Shown here piece after piece: positions 31,143-38,262 of a stretch of 38,262 nt of DNA (within the stretch, counting starts at the first letter, position 1; each line of letters starts with the position of its first letter). A model generated the notes under the pieces. The model ran no database searches, was not told the origin of the DNA, and saw only the letters and a program-made list of their open reading frames with translations. The DNA is taken from positions 1 through 38,262 of IMG/VR virus record IMGVR_UViG_3300008255_000063, one strand, 5' to 3'. The position numbers and the translations under genes are program-made. This stretch comes from a virus.

Positions 31143-31339
31143 TGTGGATACTGTGGAAAAATTAAAAATCTCTTTATTTTTAAGTATTATTCCGCTCCTT
31201 TCTACTGTGAATTAAAACTTCATTAAGTGTTCATTAAGCTGTGTATAGGGACTCTCTCTGAGTTATCCCCAAAATTGTCCACAGGCTACCAACATCCTGT
31301 CCGGATCTTGTACGTCATCTTATACGCTCACTATCCACA
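31143..31339. other. Cluster of DnaA-box-like 9-mers next to AT-rich tracts (candidate replication origin).
   Basis: The boxes are TGTGGATAC (31143..31151, rc GTATCCACA), TGTGGAAAA (31152..31160, rc TTTTCCACA), TTATCCCCA (31263..31271), TTGTCCACA (31275..31283) and CTATCCACA (31331..31339). Each is 8/9 to TTATCCACA. AT-rich runs lie at 31081..31140 and 31157..31195. Confidence 0.5.
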
Positions 31340-31364
31340 GGATATACACACCCTCGAAACAAAG

Positions 31365-31392
31365 AAAAAGCCGGACAAAAGTCCGGCTTTTT
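31365..31392. terminator. Bidirectional rho-independent terminator between the convergent modules.
   Basis: AAAAAGCCGGAC-aaaa-GTCCGGCTTTTT is perfectly symmetric. It lies between the plus-strand gene ending at 31079 and the minus-strand holin ending at 31437. Confidence 0.9.
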
Positions 31393-31436
31393 CTGTAGTT
31401 TCGTATTGGGATACACACTACCGTCGGTACTTACTT

Positions 31437-31670
31437 TTAAGGACCGTACCGACGACCTCCTAATGGTTTAACGTCACCTTTCATGTAACGGATGATGTAG
31501 CCTACAGCATTGATCGCTAGAGTCACCACAAGGATGATAGTAGTGATTGCTTGAGCTACTGAGTCTGGTGTAAGACCATACTTAGTAAGATCTACACCAA
31601 ACAGCATAACGAGGGTAAACACCATACCGATCTGGCGGAGGAGTTGTTCTCGTGAAAAGTTTTCAAACAT
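31437..31670 (-). CDS. Holin (putative).
   Basis: 77-aa ORF with two hydrophobic segments (IGMVFTLVMLFGV and AITTIILVVTLAINAVGYII) and a basic C-terminus. It lies immediately downstream of the amidase gene. Confidence 0.6.
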   Translation of the reverse strand: MFENFSREQLLRQIGMVFTLVMLFGVDLTKYGLTPDSVAQAITTIILVVTLAINAVGYIIRYMKGDVKPLGGRRYGP

Positions 31671-31674
31671 ACGA

Positions 31675-32382
31675 TTATTTTAAATGAATAAAACCGACAC
31701 AGGCATGATCGCCTTGACCCCCAAACAGAGGAGGCGGTACGATCACTCCCTTTAATTGAGTCTTGAGTCTTTGGAGCTGTAGGTAGAGCTCCACAATCCT
31801 TTTTAAGAGAGCGATCTTCATGCTGAGTTCAGCATCTACAGTCGGATACTTTTTCTCAGCGAGTAGATCCTGGATCCACTTGTTACTAAGTGATGTGCCG
31901 TAGCAGTCAGTCTGTTGATAGATACGATGAGGACCAGTGCGAGCGATGGCAAAATTGAGCGTAGTTCCAGGGACTACGACCACATCCTTGTAGTCTTTTG
32001 CGATCAGCTTACTGAGGTAACGAGCGATATCAGCCTCGATCTCTGGAGTCATAGGATCTACGCTCCGGCCGGTTGCTGGATCTCGCATGTAGTTACCAAT
32101 GATACAGACTGAGAAAGTATCAAAGTTATGGCCTACTTGTGCCATCGTCTCCTCTCCTAGAGCTCGACATTGTGTAAAGGTACGAGTCTTTGGATCATAG
32201 ATCACGTTGTAGCCAGCCCACCGGATAGACTCATTAAGGATATACATTGATGGATTGTAATCATTCCATCGCTGTCGATGGTATTGACTGATCTGTTGTG
32301 GAGTTAAATGCAACGACGACGCATAAGGATCGTTAGCAATACCTCCGGCATGGTGGACCGCTATCTTAGTTAGTGTTCTCAT
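31675..32382 (-). CDS. N-acetylmuramoyl-L-alanine amidase (amidase_2/PGRP-type endolysin).
   Basis: Start taken at ATG 32382 (MRTLTKIAVHHAGG...), giving 235 aa. The elements IAVHHAG, GYNVIYD, VGHNFDTFSVCIIGNY and GPHRIYQQTDCYG follow the amidase_2 zinc-ligand and substrate pattern. The track start at 32433 is a TTG. Confidence 0.8.
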   Translation of the reverse strand: MRTLTKIAVHHAGGIANDPYASSLHLTPQQISQYHRQRWNDYNPSMYILNESIRWAGYNVIYDPKTRTFTQCRALGEETMAQVGHNFDTFSVCIIGNYMRDPATGRSVDPMTPEIEADIARYLSKLIAKDYKDVVVVPGTTLNFAIARTGPHRIYQQTDCYGTSLSNKWIQDLLAEKKYPTVDAELSMKIALLKRIVELYLQLQRLKTQLKGVIVPPPLFGGQGDHACVGFIHLK

Positions 32383-32469
32383 ATTTTTGTGCTCGAGCGT
32401 CGTCTGAGTCCTTACAAGAGGCCCATATAACAACTAACACGATGATTATCCCAATAACAAATGTCATAA

Positions 32470-35400
32470 CTATAGTGTAGGTAATTGTGGGAGTTTTGGC
32501 AAGCTGTTTGCTGGGAGAGCTGGGAGCTGAGGGAGTTTTGGTACTGAGCTCTCTGGAGTCTCCTCATCCCCCTCAAAGAGTCCGTTATCGAACTGACCAA
32601 ACACTTTTGGAGAGATTGTTTTCTTGAGCTTAGTAATACCACGATTCTTACCCTCATCCTCTCCGGACTTGATGATATCCATCTTAGGGTTTAAGAAACC
32701 GTCCTCAAAAGAAACGATGTCAGTTAGACCCTTAATGATATCGGCTAGGAAAGCATTAAAGCGAGCCTGTGAGGTAAACAGGTTAGGATCCATCGCTCCG
32801 ACCATTGTGAGAGCATCCTGGTAGCCTTTAACGACTAATTGCTCAGCAAAGCTCCTGTCCTTTTTATCTTGTAGAGAGCGAGCGTAGCCACCGACCACGA
32901 GTGAGATAGTACCAGCCAATAGAGCTGATCGGAGGAGCTCTCTAGTTTCCTTACGCTTGAGTGTGGCCTTGAGTCCCTCTTTACGAGCGACGTTCTGGAC
33001 CGTCTTTAGGTTATCGATAGTTGTCGACATGATCGGGACCGCCCAGGTACGATACTGAGTAAAGACTTTTCCAAGTGCTGTCTTACCCATCACTGACTCA
33101 GCTCCCTCTACTACTCGGTAGCGACCCATCTCTTTACGGAGTTCTGCTAGACGTTTTGATGTGATGATACCTGTCTTAAACTCTTGCTTTGTAAGGGATC
33201 CTAGCAAGTGTTGAGCGTTAGCTGTACGTGCTCCCTCAGCAAACAAAGCAAACATTCCTGTCATAAGTTTATCTCCTGGATCACTAGCTTGGTTACGCAT
33301 TTTTGTCAGCGTACTCTCTCCGATGAAAGACTCATTCTGACGGAGGATCTCTTGTCCTCGCTTAGTGAGCATACGGCCAGATCCGAGTGACATCTTACGA
33401 GCTCCGAGGCCTATAAAGGTAGATGATTGCTCACCTAAGAAAGAGGCAACTCCGACCGGCACACTAAAGCCCAAGTCGATAATACGAGTAAGAGCTACAC
33501 CGGAGCGGAGTACCCAGTCGACACGACCTCCAGGCTTTACAATCGTCTCAGCTACACGTCCCTTTTTAGTGTTGAGCCACTTCTTTGTAAACTTTTTAAG
33601 GGATCGATCGAGCTCTAGGCCACGCTCAGAATACACTCGAGGCGATAACGCATGAGCATAGATATCAATCTTAGGGACCAGGCTGTCGAGTGCCACCTTA
33701 CGTTCAAAGGTAGTAAAGTAGATCTCTACAGCTTTAGCGACGTTCTGTGTCGGGACCATGCCTCCGGTACGTTGCATAGAGAATTGGAAAAACTTTTCCA
33801 GAGGGAGGATCTCTCCGGTATCGCCATCAAGGATATTGAGATAAGCCTCATCTTGTTTGTACTGATCAAAGCTCTCTTTAAATGCTTTGATAAGACCGTC
33901 GTCTTTCCAAGTTTCAAGGAAACCACGTCGGATATGAGTGATGTAATCCGATCGGTACTTTTTTAATACTTGCATCTGGACCAGGTAGTCTCGAGCTTGC
34001 TCGTATAGATTTTTAATATATTGGCCGGCTTCGATCTCCTCGGCTGTCATTTCATCAGCCAGTTTAGACTTACCAAGAGCATCAGACTCGAGCCACTGGA
34101 AAATCTTTTTATCTGTAGGGATAAACTTATCGAGGAAACCTCGCTTTGTAGACTTGCGAGCCTTACTCATCAATACATCAAGTCGCTCTCGGATCTTAAT
34201 CACGTTCTCTCCAGCCTCAATAAAGGCTCGATTCTTTTCAGTGACCATCACATCATAAAATGGATTCTGTCTAGCTAGAGCTGAGTCATATCGATACTCA
34301 TCCATTTCCTTGTAAGCGACGTTACCAATAGATCCAGGCTCGACTCCAGCATCCTTAGCCAGACTCTCAAGAGCCTCACGGATCGTCCGGATGTCTGCTA
34401 TGTCTGTATGTTTTACAGTTTGGATCTGTCGCTTGGTGAGAAACTCATCACCTAGTTTAAAGTTCTCAAGTACATCGATCATCTCGACGATTTGCTTTTC
34501 TGTCATCTGCTCCATGCTAGGGTAGCCCATCGCTTGAAACATATTTTCAGTCTTTTTAAAGTCACGCTCAAAGATGAGAGACTTGAGTTCTACACGACGC
34601 TCAATAGCTCTAAAGGTTGCCTCTCCCTCAATCTGGATTTTATCCATGTAGGCTTTCCACTGATCGTCGGTATAGAGACGAGGATCCTGGAAACGTGTTC
34701 GCTTGAGGATTCGATTCCACTCGTGCTGTGAGAAATGGAAAAAATCTCGGACGTTTGCGAGCTCTTTTTGTCGTGAAACACCCTCAGCCTTAATCTCAGC
34801 TTTGAGTGCCTCAAGGATTTTCTTAGTATCTCGGTAGTCTTGAGTACGGCTTTGGACCTCCTCGATCATCTCAGCTAGTCGCTCACGTTGTTTCACGTAT
34901 AACCTAAACTCCTCTCGAGCCATCTCTGTAGACTCAAAACCTAGATCTCCAGCGATCTCATCGCCTTGTGTAGCCCACTTTGATTTACCAATACCAGTTA
35001 CCTCTCCAAGAGAGCCGACATTTTCTCCGACTTTAGGAGCATACTTTGCTAGTTGCTTAGCTGGATTTGCATCGATGGCATCCTTAGCAAACTCTATCTC
35101 GAGTTTTTTATATTCCAACTCCTCTGCTTTCGACAAAGTAGTACCACCCTTTTTATCGAGTAGTGCTGTCCTGGCCTTTCGAGCGATCTCAGTAGGAGAG
35201 AGAGCTGTGGCATCATCGTCAGCTTGCTTAGCTATTTTTGCTTTAGTGGCCTTGTAGTACTCCTCAGCACTAGCAAATCCCTTGCTTTTTACAGTGGCCT
35301 CAAGAGCCTCACGAGTAATACCAGTCTTGTTAAAGAAATGGTTAAAGGATGTAGACTGAGCTACTTGATCCTGGAGTTTATTGTTTACCCTACGGCTTCG

Positions 35401-37413
35401 AGTATTTCCTCCATCCCCTCTCGAAACGCTTGCTGTCCTTTCTCGTACGCTGGACCGGATGTCGGAGTCGGGTTTTTTGGCCACGCTCTTTGTGGTCGCT
35501 TTTTCGGATCGGAGAGACTCCTCTCGTCGGGTTTTTGATTTGCGGATTTGTTTTTCAGTGAGTTTAGCATTTTCGTTTGTGCTTAAATACTTATAAAGAT
35601 TTTCCTTATTATACCTCAATTTGTCAACCGTTGCAATAATCTCATCCGGATCTGTAATAATCCTCATTCGATCAGTTCCGAGGTCGGCTTTGTTTCTTAC
35701 TAAGCGAGTATCTGAAAGATTTATTTTATAGCCATCATCTGCTAGTTTTTTTATAGTATTAACAAAGCCTACATGCTTATCTATAAACACTTTCAATGGT
35801 ACGTCTCTACCAGTTCGTATTGCTCTTGATTGAGCCCACTTCCAAGCTCTAGCTATGTCTGGCAAGATTGCATCAATTTCGATAGATTTACCAAACTCCT
35901 CTACCTGTTTTAGTTTAGCTATCGCACTATCGTAGTCTGCCATTACACCATCTACAATGATTCCTTTTACATCATCGTTAGTCTCTAGTTTTTTAAGGAC
36001 TGTTTCGCTTTTCCCAGATCCAGATCCACCGGCTAAAAACCGGACTGTATCATTCTTATCCTCCTTGAGAGCCTTAGCAAACGCATCCTTTGCAAGTTGT
36101 GAGAAAGTCTCGTGATCTTTAGGATCAGTCATACCGGCCACTTTTTTGAGAGCGTCCGGATCAATCACTATATTACCCTTGCCGTTATCAAAGACTTTTA
36201 GAGCGTCATCGACGGCCTTTACAGTATCTCCCTTTGTAACCGCCTCTTTAAAGGCCACAGGATCAACTTTAGGAGCGTCTGATACTACCTTTGATACTTC
36301 TGTCGCATCGGGACCTTTAACAGCGTCATCGAGGATTTTGGCTATGCTGAGCTCATTCTGTGACTGAGCTATCTTAGGAGCGATCTCCTCGGCCACCTCC
36401 TCGCTGATGCCTAGATTTTTAAGGACTGGAGTAATGTCTTTTACATCATCATAGTTTTTAAGTGTCGCTAAGATAGGACCTTTAGCGATTTTTGTAGTCC
36501 CAAAAAATATAGGAGCATCAAGGACAGCAAAAGCATCCTCGAGTAAGTTCGTGACTCGGAGTGCTGATTTCTCCTCTTTTGAAAGCTCGGCTCCGGTATC
36601 TGCCAGTTGATCTACGTTGTTACCCTCCTGGCCTGGAGCTTTAGGAACTGTTTTAACAGCATTGTTTTTTACGTCCTGGATAGCTTTATCAAGTAGCTCT
36701 CGCTCGGTTAAATCTGGAAAACTCTCGGCTAGTTTGTCGTAGCGAGTCATTACTTGCTCACCTACTTCGGCATCAGTAGGATCCATTTTCTTTTGGAAAC
36801 CCTCAAACAGAAAACCAAGTACTCCCTTTTCGACAATCGTCTGAGGGATAGAGCCTGGAGTGTAGAGACTATTGGATGGACCTTGTGGACCAGTACCAGT
36901 AAGAAACTTACCCACGAGTGGGATCTTACTTAATGACTGTCTGGCTTTTTGTACTAAATCCTCCTGGCCTTGTCCGAGTGTTACCCCTTGATCGATATCA
37001 GCTTGTGATTTTTGCTGATTGTATTGAGATTTTTCAGCGTCAGTAAGATCTGCAAAAGTCTTTGGCTTTTCAGTCGGAACTATTGGAGCCGGCTGTACGT
37101 TACTCGAGGGAGTGGATGTCTTAGTCTGGCTAGATGCTATAGCTGGAGTGGATGTAGGGATATCAATACCAAACTTTACGTTAGATGCCGGTTTACTCAT
37201 CAATCGCTCCTGGATTGAGGGACCAATAAAAGGTTTTAAATTGAGAGCTTTTCCGACGCTAGACTTTGACGTATTAGTATTCCCTCCTCGCTGAGATACC
37301 GGCACATAACCCCCACTAGTGGATTTCGTAGTGATGGTTGCTGGAGCCTTTGGAGATCCGGACTGTACGGCTTGCTCCGCTTTTTTCTTTCTCTCTGAGA
37401 CGGGTACATACAT
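32470..37413 (-). CDS. Giant virion protein (polyvalent / ejected-core or tape-measure-like) with an embedded zeta-toxin-like P-loop kinase domain.
   Basis: 1647-aa ORF. A Walker A motif, FLAGGSGSGKSE (AGGSGSGKS encoded at 36007..36033), sits in a ~170-aa zeta/AAA_33-like module at about aa 430-600. The middle is long and helical. The C-terminal third has hydrophobic helices (VALTRIIDLGFSVPVGVASFLG, LMTGMFALFAEGA, LLRSALLAGTISLVVGGYA). The C-terminus has a tandem PKLPQLP. Confidence 0.85.
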   Translation of the reverse strand: MYVPVSERKKKAEQAVQSGSPKAPATITTKSTSGGYVPVSQRGGNTNTSKSSVGKALNLKPFIGPSIQERLMSKPASNVKFGIDIPTSTPAIASSQTKTSTPSSNVQPAPIVPTEKPKTFADLTDAEKSQYNQQKSQADIDQGVTLGQGQEDLVQKARQSLSKIPLVGKFLTGTGPQGPSNSLYTPGSIPQTIVEKGVLGFLFEGFQKKMDPTDAEVGEQVMTRYDKLAESFPDLTERELLDKAIQDVKNNAVKTVPKAPGQEGNNVDQLADTGAELSKEEKSALRVTNLLEDAFAVLDAPIFFGTTKIAKGPILATLKNYDDVKDITPVLKNLGISEEVAEEIAPKIAQSQNELSIAKILDDAVKGPDATEVSKVVSDAPKVDPVAFKEAVTKGDTVKAVDDALKVFDNGKGNIVIDPDALKKVAGMTDPKDHETFSQLAKDAFAKALKEDKNDTVRFLAGGSGSGKSETVLKKLETNDDVKGIIVDGVMADYDSAIAKLKQVEEFGKSIEIDAILPDIARAWKWAQSRAIRTGRDVPLKVFIDKHVGFVNTIKKLADDGYKINLSDTRLVRNKADLGTDRMRIITDPDEIIATVDKLRYNKENLYKYLSTNENAKLTEKQIRKSKTRREESLRSEKATTKSVAKKPDSDIRSSVRERTASVSRGDGGNTRSRRVNNKLQDQVAQSTSFNHFFNKTGITREALEATVKSKGFASAEEYYKATKAKIAKQADDDATALSPTEIARKARTALLDKKGGTTLSKAEELEYKKLEIEFAKDAIDANPAKQLAKYAPKVGENVGSLGEVTGIGKSKWATQGDEIAGDLGFESTEMAREEFRLYVKQRERLAEMIEEVQSRTQDYRDTKKILEALKAEIKAEGVSRQKELANVRDFFHFSQHEWNRILKRTRFQDPRLYTDDQWKAYMDKIQIEGEATFRAIERRVELKSLIFERDFKKTENMFQAMGYPSMEQMTEKQIVEMIDVLENFKLGDEFLTKRQIQTVKHTDIADIRTIREALESLAKDAGVEPGSIGNVAYKEMDEYRYDSALARQNPFYDVMVTEKNRAFIEAGENVIKIRERLDVLMSKARKSTKRGFLDKFIPTDKKIFQWLESDALGKSKLADEMTAEEIEAGQYIKNLYEQARDYLVQMQVLKKYRSDYITHIRRGFLETWKDDGLIKAFKESFDQYKQDEAYLNILDGDTGEILPLEKFFQFSMQRTGGMVPTQNVAKAVEIYFTTFERKVALDSLVPKIDIYAHALSPRVYSERGLELDRSLKKFTKKWLNTKKGRVAETIVKPGGRVDWVLRSGVALTRIIDLGFSVPVGVASFLGEQSSTFIGLGARKMSLGSGRMLTKRGQEILRQNESFIGESTLTKMRNQASDPGDKLMTGMFALFAEGARTANAQHLLGSLTKQEFKTGIITSKRLAELRKEMGRYRVVEGAESVMGKTALGKVFTQYRTWAVPIMSTTIDNLKTVQNVARKEGLKATLKRKETRELLRSALLAGTISLVVGGYARSLQDKKDRSFAEQLVVKGYQDALTMVGAMDPNLFTSQARFNAFLADIIKGLTDIVSFEDGFLNPKMDIIKSGEDEGKNRGITKLKKTISPKVFGQFDNGLFEGDEETPESSVPKLPQLPALPANSLPKLPQLPTL
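35608..35636 (-). promoter_or_regulatory. Consensus sigma-70-like promoter plus CAACCGTTGCA motif inside the giant gene.
   Basis: The minus strand reads TTGCAA (35631..35636)-cggttgacaaattgagg-TATAAT (35608..35613), with a 17-nt spacer. The architecture matches the intergenic promoters at 26261..26289 and 26722..26750. Confidence 0.5.
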
Positions 37414-37418
37414 AGCTT

Positions 37419-38262
37419 TTATTTTTTCTTAGCATCTTCTTCGGCTTTTTTCTGTTGAGCCTTTTGAGCATCTAGGATCTCTTTACGGATCTGCTCATCG
37501 GTTAAACCAAGAGCTTTGTAGCTTTCGACAAACTGCATAATCTGATCGACTGTTTGCTTAGGACTTGGAGCTGTAGTTTCAGTACCACCAAAACCTAAGA
37601 AACCACCAGTCTTAGTAGTAGCTCCTGGAGTGTCATCATCTGGATTTGTGATACCTAGAAACTTAGCTACTCCCCCTCGATCAAGTGATGTATCCTCCTC
37701 CTCTTTTTTAATGGCTCTCCGGACTATTGCTTGTTGCTGATCATCAAGGCCTTTAAGTGCCTCATCGAGTCCATACTCGTTAATATCGGACTGGAGACTT
37801 TTAACATCACCACCGCTAAACCCTCCGGCTATTAGTTCCTCCTTGCCGGTTGTATCAAAAGAAAAGATTTGTTTTTCTGTGCCACTTCCTCCAGCACTTC
37901 CAAACTGTCCTACAGATCCGTAGATCTTTAGTTGTGATGGATCAGTAAGTACATCGGGACCAAACACAAGTTGGCCGGAGGCTGTTTTAGTAATGAGTTT
38001 AAGGCCATCAGTTCGATAGTCCTCTCCAAGATCAAACTCTTGCTTACGTTGTTGTCCGGTTATAGGATCCTGGATCACTTGTACAAATCGTCCGTTTACA
38101 TTGGACTCATAAAGTACTTGATCAGCCGGCACAGAGCTTGCAAAATAAGCGTTAAGTAGCTCCTCTGATCCTCCTACATCCTCGAGGAGTTGATTGTATG
38201 TATCTGGCTCGGAGGTTTTAAGAGTGTCGAGAGTTGCTCCATTCGCCACCAACGCTGAGATA
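37419..38262 (-). CDS. Internal virion / tail-associated protein, C-terminal part of the gene that starts at 764.
   Basis: The frame is open to the window end. The track 'start' at 38252 is an in-frame TTG inside the 123-bp repeat. The product ends with Gly-rich linkers and a Lys/Glu-rich tail (QKAQQKKAEEDAKKK). Confidence 0.85.
   Translation of the reverse strand, partial: ISALVANGATLDTLKTSEPDTYNQLLEDVGGSEELLNAYFASSVPADQVLYESNVNGRFVQVIQDPITGQQRKQEFDLGEDYRTDGLKLITKTASGQLVFGPDVLTDPSQLKIYGSVGQFGSAGGSGTEKQIFSFDTTGKEELIAGGFSGGDVKSLQSDINEYGLDEALKGLDDQQQAIVRRAIKKEEEDTSLDRGGVAKFLGITNPDDDTPGATTKTGGFLGFGGTETTAPSPKQTVDQIMQFVESYKALGLTDEQIRKEILDAQKAQQKKAEEDAKKK
38140..38262. repeat. Terminal direct repeat, copy 2 (identical to 1..123).
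   Basis: Exact 123-nt identity with the window start. Confidence 0.97.

Noticed and set aside
32412-32657. ORF 32412..32657 (-, 81 aa), and the TTG start (32433) of the amidase ORF.
   Set aside because: The 81-aa ORF is an alternative frame over the C-terminal codons of the 1647-aa gene, and it is Ser/Leu/Gln-rich. The amidase has a normal ATG at 32382, directly before its conserved IAVHHAG motif.
38140-38262. The 123-bp terminal repeat as a biological direct terminal repeat or as a mobile-element boundary.
   Set aside because: The repeat is exact, only the window ends are involved, and it lies in the middle of a continuous 494-aa reading frame. This is the signature of a circular assembly overlap. 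The true packaging ends cannot be inferred from it.
1-38262. CRISPR arrays, integrase/excisionase/CI-type lysogeny module, a diversity-generating retroelement, tRNA genes, and DNA polymerase/primase/helicase genes.
   Set aside because: I looked for regularly spaced direct repeats, Tyr/Ser recombinase motifs, reverse-transcriptase motifs with template/variable repeat pairs, cloverleafs and polymerase/helicase Walker or DxD motifs. I found none by eye. This absence is provisional, because small or divergent versions would need profile searches.

Overview
The window is one complete, circularly closed genome of a tailed dsDNA phage. The first 123 bp are repeated exactly at 38140..38262, so the unit length is 38,139 bp, and the junction lies inside an ORF. 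Coding is dense and almost entirely on the minus strand. Transcription appears to leave a 315-bp divergent control region (29614..29928) and run leftwards.

Gene order along that direction:
- Early/middle module (29613 down to 20197): a KH-domain RNA-binding protein behind a leader-peptide/terminator attenuator, many small hypothetical proteins, a TerS-like HTH protein, a DUF3560-like protein, a DnaQ-like exonuclease, a C5-methyltransferase-like protein and an HNH endonuclease.
- Packaging/head module: TerL, portal, two poly-acidic proteins (one probably the scaffold) and the major capsid protein.
- Tail/fibre module: includes a 1059-aa fibre with a GH18-like glycosidase domain and a Gly-rich fibre.
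- Across the window junction: a 494-aa internal virion protein, then a 1647-aa giant virion protein carrying a zeta-toxin-like P-loop kinase domain, then an amidase_2 endolysin and a holin.

Only two genes are on the plus strand (29929..31079): a membrane-anchored SLT-like transglycosylase and an HNH/DUF968-like protein. The convergent gap 31080..31436 holds an AT-rich tract, a cluster of DnaA-box-like repeats and a bidirectional terminator, and is the best origin candidate.

I recognised no tRNA, rRNA, CRISPR array, integrase, repressor, DNA polymerase, primase or helicase.

Non-obvious signals:
- Four same-orientation copies plus one inverted copy of a near-palindromic promoter/operator motif (CAACCGTTGCA), one of them inside the giant gene.
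- A start-codon-proximal TGGGATAC motif that stands where a Shine-Dalgarno sequence would be.
- Two related structured intergenic elements bracketing a two-gene cassette.
- A 20-nt inverted repeat bracketing the scaffold gene.
- N-terminal hydrophobic anchors on most tail-module proteins.

All functional calls come from motif recognition by eye. No database search was run.
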